DNA from: an uncultured delta proteobacterium
GTDB lineage: Bacteria; Myxococcota; Myxococcia; Myxococcales; Myxococcaceae
DNA: 64,000 nucleotides
Reading direction: 5' to 3'
NCBI GenBank assembly: GCA_963771175.1
Contig: CAVYSY010000024.1
Coordinates: 160,001 to 224,000, forward strand
Shown here in pieces: positions 8,729 to 20,842 of the stretch (the stretch's first letter is position 1; each line of letters opens with the position of its first letter). Under the pieces are notes generated by a model. The model did no database searches. It was given only the letters and a program-made list of their open reading frames with translations, and was not told the origin of the DNA. The position numbers and the translations under genes are program-made.

Positions 8729-10202
8729 GTGCAAGAACTCCTGGAAGTCCTGCGGCGCCAGGCGGTCCACTTCGGACCCGAGCTGGCGCGCACCGCGTAC
8801 GCGCGAGGCCTGGCCGTCACCCAGAAGGACGGCTCCACCCGGCCCATCCCCGTCACCGCCACCCCCGTCATCCTCGACGCCGCGGAGATCCGCCGGCGCG
8901 CCGCGCTCTCGGCGCACCTGGCCTCGGCCACCGTGAAGATGACGCGCGCGGTGCTCGCCGGAGCGCAGCGCGAGCTGATTCTCGGCGGCCTCTCCCCGCT
9001 GGAGCGCGCGCTCACCGAGCGCACCTGTCGCGAACGTGTCGCGCCTGGCCACCACGCGGGTGGACTTCTTCGTGGACGCCACCGGGCCGCGCGCCCTGGA
9101 GGTCAACGCCACCATTCCGGCCATGCAGGGCTACTCGGACATCGCGGCGCGCACCTTCATCGAGGTGGTGGCCCGGCACTTCGCGCTACCCCGAGAAGGC
9201 CCTCTACGCCGTCATCTCCGCCAACGGCAGCAACACGCTCGCCCTCTACCGCGCCCTGCTGGACGGCTACGCGGCCGAGCGCGACGGGAAGCATGCCGGA
9301 CACCATCGCCCTGCTCTGCCGCCGCAACGACGCGCAGATCACCGAGCAGCGCTACCTGTGCGAGCGCTTCCGCGAGTTCGGCGCGGACGCGGACGTCGTC
9401 CACCCGGACGAGGTCTCCGGCGACGAGTACTTCGAGGTGCGCGGCAAGCGCTACGACCTGGTGTACCGGCACCTCTTCGTGCGGCGGCTGGAGGAGACGC
9501 CCGCCCCGTGGGTGCAGGACTTCTTCGGCACGGTGCCGGGCCGCAAGGCGGTGCTGCTCAACCCGCCGGCCTCGCAGGTGGAGGTGAAGACGACGTTCGC
9601 CCTGCTCTCCCAGGCGCTGGTGGAGCCCGCGCTCGCGGAGGCCGCCGGGCTGTCCCCGGAGGAGCTGGAGGCGATCCGCGCCTCGGTGCCCTGGACGCGG
9701 CCCTTCCGGCACGGCCCCGGCGTGGGCCCGGATGGCGCGCAGCGTGGAGGACCTGGTGGCGCGGGTGGCCGCGGAGCCGAAGCGCTTCGTCCTCAAGCGG
9801 GCATGGGACTACGGCGGCCGGGCGGTCTATCTCGGCCGCTCGGAGGGCACTCCGGCATTCGAGGAGCGCGCGCGCGCCGCCTACGGCACCGTGCCCACCT
9901 GGGCGGAGCTGTGCGAGCGGGCCTCGACGGATCCCGCTGGCGGCGGCTTCGTGGTGCAGGAGGTGGTGGAGACCACTCCCGAGGAGCACCTGCTGTGCGA
10001 GGAGAGCGGCCTGACGTCGCTGCAGCTCCACGTGGACTACTCCGCGTATGCCTCGGTGGGACTGGAGAAGCAGCCGGCCTGGGGCGGCGTGTGCCGCGGC
10101 TCGACGTCGGAGATCGTCAACATCGTGGGAGGCGGCGGCGTGCTGCCCCTCATCACCACCGAGGTCGCCCAGAAGCTGCTGATGGCCTGGAAGGCGATTT
10201 AG
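8729..10202 (+). CDS. ATP-grasp-like (circularly permuted / glutathione-synthetase-like) ligase; frameshifted
   Basis: RVDFF..LEVNAT, FVLKRAWDYGGRAVYLG, FVVQE, CRGS..IVNIVGGGG motifs across three frames; GTG start at 8729. Confidence 0.6.
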
Positions 10203-10316
10203 TCACTGACACCGGACATCCGGGAAGGGATGCCCGGCGCGGCTGTTCCGGACGCGCTATAAAGACGACGCCGGGTGGGAATTTCCACCCGACACAAGGA
10301 AAGGAACCAAAAATCC

Positions 10317-11032
10317 ATGGCTTGGGAAACCCCCGGTTGGCAGACGACGGCTCGCGCCGAGGTCAGTGACGTCCTCGTGCAGGAGTCGCAGCGCGCCTTC
10401 ATGTCGCGCGTGTACGGCTGGATGTTCGCCGGGCTCTCCGTGACCGGCCTGGTGGCGATGTTCACCGCCACCAACGAAGCGGTCCTCATGCAGGTCATCC
10501 AGTGGCGGTGGGGGCTGTTCCTCGCCCAGCTCGGCCTGGTGTTCGCCCTGTCGGGGATGGCGCACCGGCTCTCCGAGCGCGGTGGCCTCGGCGCTCTTCC
10601 TCGGCTACTCGGTGCTCACCGGGCTCACCATGTCGGTGATCTTCCTCATCTACACGTCGGCCTCCATCGGCAGCGCCTTCCTGCTGACGGCGGGCACCTT
10701 CGGGGCGATGAGCGTCTTCGGAACGGTCACCAAGAAGAACCTGAGCAGCTGGGCCACCTTCCTCATCATGGGTGCCATCGGCATCGTGCATCGCCAGCAT
10801 CGTGCAGGTCTTCATGCAGAGCCCGATGCTGAACTTCGTGCTCGGGTGCGCGGGCGTGCTCGTCTTCGCGGGCCTCACCGCCTACGACACGCAGAAGCTG
10901 CGCGAGATGCACGCCGGCTCGGGCTACAGCTCGACCGCCACGCTGAGCATCGTGGGCGCGCTGGTGCTGTACCTGGACTTCATCAACCTCTTCATCTCGC
11001 TGCTGCGTCTCTTCGGCGACCGTCGTCGCTAG
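10317..11032 (+). CDS. Bax inhibitor-1/YccA family membrane protein; frameshifted
   Basis: FMSRVYGWMFAGL, LTAYDTQKL, GALVLYLDFINLFISLLRLFG motifs; AAGGA RBS. Confidence 0.9.
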
Positions 11033-11056
11033 TCGCACTCTCGCGGGATGAGACTC

Positions 11057-11093
11057 AGGCGGTGGGCTCCCGGGCCCGCCGCCTTTTTCTTTT
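11057..11093 (+). terminator. Rho-independent terminator
   Basis: AGGCGGTGGGCTC..GGGCCCGCCGCCT stem followed by TTTTCTTTT. Confidence 0.8.
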
Positions 11094-11142
11094 CGCACAC
11101 GCCAGCCACGCCTCCCGTCGGCCTCCCGGCCGCACTTCTCGG

Positions 11143-11169
11143 AAACCTGTCCGACAGTCGGACAGGTTT
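11143..11169. repeat. Perfect 13-1-13 inverted repeat
   Basis: AAACCTGTCCGAC-A-GTCGGACAGGTTT. Confidence 0.8.
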
Positions 11170-11228
11170 TTGAAGACCGCGTCCGGCGCCCCCTCCCTCA
11201 CGGATTTTCTTCGGATAGGCTCTCCGGC

Positions 11229-12050
11229 ATGAGCCACGAGCACGGCCGAAAGCCAGATGACAGCGGGTTGGAGCTGGACTGGAAGGGGCGCACCACGCCG
11301 GAGGAGCGAGCCCTGGCGCCCGCGCCTGGGCTCCCCGAGGCACAGGCGGGCCGTGGAGCCCCGGGGGAGCCGCGCTACATGAGCATGGAGCTGCGCACCG
11401 TGCTCGCCCCGCTGTTCGAGGGTCCGGGCCTGCGCGTGCGCCAGTTGCGCGAGTGGCCGGAGATGCTCGTCGGCTGGGAGACGCGCAACCGCTACGAGGC
11501 CATCGACCTCGACGGACGCTTCATGCTGTACCTCGGCGAGACGGGCGAGGGCTGGGGCAACGCGCTGCTGCGCAACTTCTGGCCCTTCCGCCGGGTGGAG
11601 ATGGAGTGCGTGACCCAGGGGGGCACGCGGGCCCTGAGCCTTCAGCAACCCTGGACGTTCTTCTTCAAGTACGTGGAGGTGACGGCCTGGGACGGGCGCC
11701 AGCTCGGCTACATCCAGCAACGCTTCGGGGTGTTGCGCCGAACCTTCGACCTCTGCACTCCGGCCGGCGTGGTGATGGCCACCCTGGAGGGCCCGCAGTG
11801 GCGACCGTGGACCTTCTACGTCAAGCAGCGCGGCGAGGAGGTGGCCATCATCCGCAAGCAGTGGAGCGGGTTCGGCACCGAGGTCTTCAGCGACGCCGAC
11901 AACTTCGGCGTGGAGTTCAAGCCGGGGCTCACCGACCCCCGGCTGCGGCAGATGGTGCTCGCCGCCACCCTGATGGTGGACCTCCTCTACTTCGAGAACC
12001 GCGAGAGCTCGGGCAGCGGCGTGGGCCACCTGCTCAGCTTCTTCGACTGA
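11229..12050 (+). CDS. Phospholipid scramblase / LURP-one-like protein
   Basis: GWETRNRY, IRKQWSGFGTEVFSDADNFGVEF, LAATLMVDLLYFE match the scramblase pattern. Confidence 0.8.
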   Translation: MSHEHGRKPDDSGLELDWKGRTTPEERALAPAPGLPEAQAGRGAPGEPRYMSMELRTVLAPLFEGPGLRVRQLREWPEMLVGWETRNRYEAIDLDGRFMLYLGETGEGWGNALLRNFWPFRRVEMECVTQGGTRALSLQQPWTFFFKYVEVTAWDGRQLGYIQQRFGVLRRTFDLCTPAGVVMATLEGPQWRPWTFYVKQRGEEVAIIRKQWSGFGTEVFSDADNFGVEFKPGLTDPRLRQMVLAATLMVDLLYFENRESSGSGVGHLLSFFD

Positions 12051-12057
12051 GCCGGCC

Positions 12058-12393
12058 CTACTCCGCGGCCTTCTTGCGCGAGAACGGCATCAACAGCCGC
12101 TCCACGGGCTGGCCGCCCACGAGGTGCTCGTCGACGATGGCGGGCACGTCCTCGGGCTTCACCCCGCCGTACCAGGTGCCCTCCGGGTAGACGACCACGG
12201 AGACCCCGAACGTGCAGGTGTCCAGGCACCCGGCCGCGTTGGCCCGCATCTGTCCCTTGAGGCCGCGCTTGTCCAGCTCCTCCTTGAAGCGGGCGCGGAC
12301 CTCCTCGGCACCCTTCGAGGCGCAGCAACCCTTGGGGTGCCCTTCGGGGCGCTGGTTCGTGCAGACGAATACGTGACGCTTGAAGGGAGGCAT
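12058..12393 (-). CDS. Thioredoxin-like [2Fe-2S] ferredoxin
   Basis: HVFVCTNQR..GCC..AGCLDTC..VVVYPEGTWY..IVDEHL; AGGAG RBS. Confidence 0.9.
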   Translation of the reverse strand: MPPFKRHVFVCTNQRPEGHPKGCCASKGAEEVRARFKEELDKRGLKGQMRANAAGCLDTCTFGVSVVVYPEGTWYGGVKPEDVPAIVDEHLVGGQPVERLLMPFSRKKAAE

Positions 12394-12687
12394 GTCGCCC
12401 TCCTAACGCGGCTTCCGTCCAAAAGCGATAACCCGTCCGTGACCCGCCTGTCCCTTTCTTGCCTCGGACCCTAGGCAGCCGGACGATCCGTGCACAGACT
12501 CTCAGCAAACATCCGCTAGTGATCACCGGCCTTTCCGCGGGAGTGACGCTACATGACTGGTCAGCCAAGGACACTCCACCATTCAAGAGAGTTGATCGGC
12601 GGCCGGGCAGGCTTTAGATCGGCTCCCTCGCCGCGGTCCGGGACCGCGGGAGTCGATCCGGACGTGCGCTCTCGGAGCGTTCACCGT

Positions 12688-12734
12688 CCCCTATTTGTAG
12701 GTGTCTCAATGGCGGCGGACACAAGATCTGGGGG
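12688..12734 (+). promoter_or_regulatory. Tandem NrdR boxes
   Basis: CCCCTATTTGTAGGTG (12688-12703) and ACACAAGATCTGGGGG (12719-12734), 31 bp apart, resembling acaCwAtATaTwGtgt, upstream of an RNR gene. Confidence 0.7.
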
Positions 12735-12744
12735 GCACGGAACC

Positions 12745-12774
12745 TTGACGAGCCCGGAACGAAGATCGTACCTT
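12745..12774 (+). promoter_or_regulatory. Sigma70-type promoter of nrdJ
   Basis: TTGACG-18 bp-TACCTT immediately after the NrdR boxes. Confidence 0.55.
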
Positions 12775-12780
12775 TGCTTA

Positions 12781-12935
12781 CCTGTTTGCCCCTCTCGCGG
12801 GCGGGCAGGACCCCAACAAACGAGAATTTGACCCCGCGCCACGCACCTCTCCCTACCTGGGAAGAGCGCGTGCCGTATTGAGATCACTTGATCCCAAGAG
12901 ATCTCGCGGGCTTGGCTTTTTGCAAATTTTGCAGT
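12781..12935 (+). ncRNA. Structured 5' leader of nrdJ (candidate cis-regulatory RNA)
   Basis: Hairpin 12781-12809 with G-U pairs; hairpins 12840-12872 and 12880-12905 enclosed by CCCGC/GCGGG; U-rich tract at 12916-12921. Confidence 0.4.
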
Positions 12936-12971
12936 CGCACAGCGAGTGAAAGCAGTACCGGAGGGTGGACC

Positions 12972-15752
<2,781 letters not shown>

Positions 15753-15804
15753 TCCCCCTGCCCTCTCCCCTCGGGAGAGAGGGCCGTGAGGGAAACAGGT
15801 GAAC

Positions 15805-15876
15805 TCGGGTTCAACCCCGGCCCTTGGATCAAGGGCTGGGGGTCAAGGTGCCCGTTGGCTCCTGACGTGAACCCGA
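15805..15876 (+). ncRNA. Three-way-junction RNA structure in the nrdJ 3' region
   Basis: Closing stem TCGGGTTCA/TGAACCCGA encloses a 12-bp hairpin (15815-15841) and a second hairpin (15842-15866). Confidence 0.45.
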
Positions 15877-15881
15877 AATCG

Positions 15882-15913
15882 AGGCTCCGGTGCCTGCGCA
15901 CCGGGGCCTTTTT
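15882..15913 (+). terminator. Rho-independent terminator after nrdJ
   Basis: AGGCTCCGGTGC-CTGC-GCACCGGGGCCT followed by TTTT. Confidence 0.8.
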
Positions 15914-15940
15914 CATTTCGGAGAAGCCCCCGAGGGCACC

Positions 15941-18900
15941 TCAGCGAGCGCCGTCGTTCAGCCGGCCGTAGACCTCGGAGGCCTCCGCGATGAGCTGCTC
16001 CAGCTCCTGGAGCTCCTGGGCCCTGAACGGAGACGGCCCGCCGTCGATGACGACGAAGCCCACCGTGCCCTGGTTCAGCCGGATCGGCGCGGCCAGCAGG
16101 TGCGAGAACGACTCGCCCAGGGCTCCGAAGAGGATCTCGTCCTCCTGGCTCTCCGGAACGCTGGAGATGATGGGCCTCCCATCCGCCGCGGCCTTCGCGA
16201 GGATCGACGGAGCCTCGAGGTCCACGTGCAGCGCCGAGACCGCGTACTTGTCGCTGCCAGCGCCATACGCACGCCCCACCCGGGCGAAGCCGAACGTCTC
16301 GCCCAGGAGGAAGCCTCGCGGGAATCGCCCATGGCAGTAGGCCAGCAGCGCCTTGCCCAGCGCGCCCCGCGTCGTCGCCTGCCGCAGGGCCTCGAGTGCC
16401 TCCTGGAACTGCAAATGTCGGGCGCCCGCGTCCTCGGTCGACAAGCTCCCGGCCCACGCGCCACCCGCATACGCCGCACCCGACTCCGGCTCGGCCGAGG
16501 GCTGCCAGGACGGGATGAACTCGTGGACGGAGGCCAGTGGGACCTCGTCTCCCTGGAAGGAGAAGTCCGCCCCCGTGGAGCTCGCGTCGTTCGTCGAGAA
16601 ATCCACCTCGATGGCTCGCCGCTCCCAAGGAGACGTGGGCGCCTGACGCAGGTTGGCCTCCGCCCCACCCTGGTCCATGGCGTCCCAGTTCGATGACACC
16701 TCCATCTCCCCAATGGGCATCGGCGGCAGCTCGACCGGTGCCGAGGGAACAGCCTTGACCTCACTCTCGATGGGCGCCTCGGGGGCCACCTCCACCGTCG
16801 ACTCCTGCGTGGGAGCCGGAGTGGCGGAGCCAGCGTCCGCCATCATGACCGGAGGCGACTCGCTCACGGGGGCCGGTGCCACGGCGTTGCTGGGAGGCGC
16901 GGCGGAGACAGCCACTTCCGAGGGCGGGACCTCCGAGAAAACGGACGAAAAAGACTCGGCCTGCGCGGCGGCAGGCACCGGAACCTCTGGCAGAGGAGCC
17001 ACTTCCACGAGCGGCTCGGGCTCGCGCGAAACGTCCGCCAGGGCCACTGGAGGTTTCGCCTCGGGCACCGGCGCGGCGGGTACGGGCTGGGCAGGAGGCG
17101 CGGCGGCTGTTGTCCCCTGAGTCGGCGCGGGCTGCGGCTGGCTCACGCCCGAAGCACCCGTCGCGGGAGCCGTTGCCGGAGACTGGCCAGCAGGAGCCGC
17201 CTGGGTCGCGCTCTGCGTCGGCGAGGACGGAGCGCCCACCGGGGGACGCATCGCGGGCGCGCCAGGAGGAACCTGGGCGCCAGCGGGAGCCGGCGGCACA
17301 CCAGGAGCCGGAGGACGCGCCGCGGTGGCCGGTGCCGGCGGACCCGCAGGAGGACGCGCCACTCCCGGTGCTTGAGGCGCTCCCTGCGCCATTCCCGCTC
17401 CGGCGCCGGGCGAAGTCCCCGCCGAGGCAGCAGGAGCCGAAGGGGCGCCGGGCTGGGACGACCCGGGAGCGCTCCGAGGCATCATGCCCGGAGGCAGGTT
17501 CTGCCCGGCCTGCGCGGGCCCACCCGGCACGGGCGCGGGTCCCACCGGCCGGGCCACCGGCTGTGCACCCGGGGAGGCGGGCGCTGCGGGTGACGAGGGT
17601 TGTGAGGGCACCGCGCCGGCCGAGGCGTTCACGGGAGCCGTCGGCCCGGCGGACGGTTTCGCGGACACCGGAGGCTGCGGCAGCACGGCCCCTCCCGGCG
17701 CTCCAGCGGGAGACCCCGGCACTCCGGGCGCGGCAGGAGCCGCCGCCGGCCGAGGAGGCACGGCCGCGCTGGGTGCCCCGGGTGCTCTCATGGCCACCGG
17801 CTGCGGAGGCTGCGCGGGCACCGCTCCAGCCGGTGCATTGCCCGGTACCGAGGGCGGTCCAGACTGCGGCCGTTGAGGCATCGCCACACCCGCCCCAGCT
17901 CCGGGCGCCGCCGGAGCCGCGGACATCCCCGAGGCCGGCGAAGGCTGCGGTGCAGGAGGAGCTCCCGCCGGAGCACTCCCCGGCGCGACGGGCGAGGGCT
18001 GTGGCCGTGGCGCCATGGCGCCAGCAGGAGCCGCCCCAGGAGCGCCCGGCACCGGAGCGCCCATCGGAGCCGAGGGAGGCCGCGCCGGCACGGCACCAGG
18101 CGCCGCACCACCGGGCGCACCCGGCCCTGGCCCGGCAGGCGTTCCCACCGCCATCGGCGCGGGCTTCGCGGCAGCTCCAACCGCCGAGGGCTGTGGAGCC
18201 GCCATCGGCGCGGGCCGCATCCCAGGAGGCTGACCCTGAGGACTCGCCCCGGGGACGGCGCCGGAAACGGGCGTGGGCGGAGCGGGCCGTACGGCGGCGG
18301 GAGCCGCCGCGGGCGGAGGCTGTATCGGGCTCGCGGCAGTCGGCGGAGTCCCAGGAGCCGGGCGGGGCGCCGAGACCGGAGCCGCCTGGACGGGAGTCGG
18401 CTGCGGAACCGTCGCGGAAGCCGGAGCAGCCGAGGGAGCCGGTCGCGGCGCCGCCGGAGACGGCTGCGGCGAGCTCGGAGCCCCCTGCGTCGGAGTCACA
18501 GGCGGCAGAGGACCCGTGGGACGCTGCGGAACCGGAGCCCCCTGCCCCATCGGAGGAGCCACCCGCGCCGCGGGCGCCTGTGCCCCGGCGACAGGTCCGG
18601 CGGGGCCGTTCGGAGGCGCTGCCGGCGCGGCCACTGGAGCGGGAGCGAGCGGCGGCGCGACCTTGGGTTGAACCGGGCGGACGGGGCGCACCGGCTTGGG
18701 GATGCCGTAGTACTTCTCCAGCAGGGAGAAGAGGCGCAGCTCCGGCACGATGGAGGGCACGATGCGCATGCCCGTGGCGAAGCCGAGCGCATCGACGTGC
18801 TTCGGCTCCTGCGGATTCACCATGGCCACGCGCAGGCGGCGGCCCTCGAGCGCGATCGGACACGACAGGTGGTTGCGCGCGAGCTCGGGCTTGAGCGCCG

Positions 18901-19126
18901 CCAGGGCCTCGGGCGAGACCACCTCCAGCTCCGCCTCCGTGGCGAGCGGATAGTGGTACGCATCCGACAGCACCTGGCCCAACGTGCCCAGGTCGAGCAG
19001 ACCCAGCTCGACCAGGTTGGTCCCCAGGCTGGCGCCGTAGATGAGTTGAGACTTCAGGGCCTCATCGAGCTGCGACTGCGTGATGAGTCCCTTGCGGACC
19101 AGAAGCGCTCCGAGCTGTTCGACCAT
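15941..19126 (-). CDS. MshEN/GspE-N-terminal domain protein with very long Pro/Ala-rich linker and C-terminal GAF-like domain
   Basis: QLGALLVRKGLITQSQLDEALKSQ..SLGTNLVELGLL, 'LRVAMVNP' T2SSE_N motif; low-complexity middle; 'LLAAPIRLNQGTVGFVVIDG' GAF-like end. Confidence 0.75.
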   Translation of the reverse strand: MVEQLGALLVRKGLITQSQLDEALKSQLIYGASLGTNLVELGLLDLGTLGQVLSDAYHYPLATEAELEVVSPEALAALKPELARNHLSCPIALEGRRLRVAMVNPQEPKHVDALGFATGMRIVPSIVPELRLFSLLEKYYGIPKPVRPVRPVQPKVAPPLAPAPVAAPAAPPNGPAGPVAGAQAPAARVAPPMGQGAPVPQRPTGPLPPVTPTQGAPSSPQPSPAAPRPAPSAAPASATVPQPTPVQAAPVSAPRPAPGTPPTAASPIQPPPAAAPAAVRPAPPTPVSGAVPGASPQGQPPGMRPAPMAAPQPSAVGAAAKPAPMAVGTPAGPGPGAPGGAAPGAVPARPPSAPMGAPVPGAPGAAPAGAMAPRPQPSPVAPGSAPAGAPPAPQPSPASGMSAAPAAPGAGAGVAMPQRPQSGPPSVPGNAPAGAVPAQPPQPVAMRAPGAPSAAVPPRPAAAPAAPGVPGSPAGAPGGAVLPQPPVSAKPSAGPTAPVNASAGAVPSQPSSPAAPASPGAQPVARPVGPAPVPGGPAQAGQNLPPGMMPRSAPGSSQPGAPSAPAASAGTSPGAGAGMAQGAPQAPGVARPPAGPPAPATAARPPAPGVPPAPAGAQVPPGAPAMRPPVGAPSSPTQSATQAAPAGQSPATAPATGASGVSQPQPAPTQGTTAAAPPAQPVPAAPVPEAKPPVALADVSREPEPLVEVAPLPEVPVPAAAQAESFSSVFSEVPPSEVAVSAAPPSNAVAPAPVSESPPVMMADAGSATPAPTQESTVEVAPEAPIESEVKAVPSAPVELPPMPIGEMEVSSNWDAMDQGGAEANLRQAPTSPWERRAIEVDFSTNDASSTGADFSFQGDEVPLASVHEFIPSWQPSAEPESGAAYAGGAWAGSLSTEDAGARHLQFQEALEALRQATTRGALGKALLAYCHGRFPRGFLLGETFGFARVGRAYGAGSDKYAVSALHVDLEAPSILAKAAADGRPIISSVPESQEDEILFGALGESFSHLLAAPIRLNQGTVGFVVIDGGPSPFRAQELQELEQLIAEASEVYGRLNDGAR

Positions 19127-19223
19127 GTCGCGCCGATTCTAGTCCGGCCTCCCCCGAGAGAGCAGCGTGCTCGCCCAGAAGGCGTGAATCAGCGCACACA
19201 CTCCCGAGTGTCCACGGTCGTAC

Positions 19224-20619
19224 CTAGTAGGCGTTCTTCGACAGGAAGCCGCCGAGTGCAGTCCGGATGAGAATCTTCAGGTCCATCAACAGCGACCAGT
19301 TCTCGATGTAGTACAGGTCGTACTCAATCCGCTTCTGGATGGACGTCTGACCGCGCAGGCCGTTGATCTGCGCCCAGCCGGTGATGCCGGCCTTGACCTT
19401 GTGGCGCAGGTGGTAGCGGGGAATCTGCTTCTTGAACTCCTCGATGAACACGGGGCGCTCGGGCCGCGGGCCCACGAGGCTCATGTCACCGAGCAGCACG
19501 TTGAAGAACTGGGGCAGCTCGTCCAGCGAGTACTTGCGCAGGAAGGTGCCGATGGGCGTGCGCCGCGGATCGTCCTTGCTGGCCATCATGGCGCCCGTCA
19601 CCTCGGCGTCCACGCGCATGGTGCGGAACTTGAGGATGGGGAACGTCTCCCCGTCCATGCCCATGCGCTCCTGGGCGTAGAGCAGGGGCCCGCGGCTGGT
19701 GAGCTTCACCGCGATGGCCACCGCCAGCATGATGGGCGCGCTCACCACGATGGCCACCAGCGCGAAGAGGATGTCGAAGACGCGCTTGGCCACCATGTTC
19801 CAGCCCGTCATCGGATCGCCCTGGAGGCTGATGATGGGCAGCCCGCCGAACTCCTCGAGCCCACCGTACAGGGTGACGTACTGATAGAGGTCCGGCACCA
19901 CCTTCACGTCCACCGTGCGCAGCGCGAGCTGCTCCATCAGCGGCTTGACGGCGGCCTGATCCTCCAGCGGCACCGCGATGATGACCTGGTCCACCGGGCG
20001 CGCATCCAGCACGGCGTCCACGTCCTTCACGTGGCCAAGCACCTGCACGCCCCGCACCTGCTGGCCCACCTTCTCGGGCCGCAGGGTGAGCAGGCCCTCC
20101 ACGCGGAAGCCCAGCTCGCGGTGGCCCTCCACCGTCTCGATGACGCGCTGGCCCAGCTCGCCCGCGCCGATGACCAGGATGGACTTGAGGTTGAAGCCAC
20201 GCCGGCGCACCTCGTTGAGCACCGCGCGCAGCACCAGGCGCACCAGCGACACCAGGATGAACGCGTAGCCAGCGAAGAAGGCCAGCATCAGACGCGAGTA
20301 GCGCTCGCGCGTGAAGTACGTCAGCGCCACCACGATCAGCGTGGCCATGACGGTGGCCTTGAAGACCTCGAACACCTCGCCGATGTGCGTGCGCGCCCGG
20401 TTGGTCGACGTACAGCCGCGACTGGCGGTAGGTGACGGGGAAGACCACCAGCACCGTCGCCAACGAGACCAACGTCTCGTCCAGGGGCGGCAGTCCGTAG
20501 TGGACCGGGATGGGTCCGTCGAAGCGGGTGACGTAGGCGAGCACGAAGGCCACCGTCAGCATGACCACGTCGGCGGCGACCTTGATGGACGTGTAGAAAC
20601 GCTGGAACCGGCTGAACAC
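19224..20619 (-). CDS. Undecaprenyl-phosphate hexose-1-phosphate transferase (WbaP/WcaJ family); frameshift near 20400
   Basis: KRVFD, KFRTM, DPRRTPIGTFLRKYSLDELPQFFNVLLGDMSLVGPRPE, GITGWAQING; AGGAGG RBS before GTG 20619. Confidence 0.9.
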
Positions 20620-20842
20620 GCGGGCCTCCTTACTGTGGCCTGCAAAACGCTCGGCCGCGACCTGCAATCATCGCACCCTGCCCCCACGGGCCGTCCTGTA
20701 CTGGACAGCCCACGCGGCCGGAGCGCTCGTACCACGAAAACCCCCCGGAATCCAAGGGGTTGCCCCGGCTTGTGACCCACGGTGCGAGCCCCTCCGCACA
20801 GGTGTGTCCCCCTCGGAAAAGCCCTCCACCAGGGCAGCGGTG

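Noticed and set aside
6870..11032. Calling the frameshifted genes pseudogenes or programmed frameshifts
   Set aside because: Indels are patchy, show no consistent slippery site, and catalytic motifs are preserved; assembly error is more parsimonious.
12781..12971. Cobalamin riboswitch upstream of the B12-dependent RNR
   Set aside because: No recognisable B12-box or GGGAA..GCCCCCGC core; kept only as an unassigned structured leader.
15761..15913. 6S RNA, tRNA or Pxr sRNA identity for the downstream structure
   Set aside because: No long rod with a central bubble, no cloverleaf or TTC loop, and not the gene context expected for those RNAs.
16700..18700. CRISPR or tandem DNA repeat array in the repetitive-looking GC-rich stretch
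   Set aside because: No fixed-length identical repeats with spacers; the pattern comes from Pro/Ala/Gly codons of one ORF.
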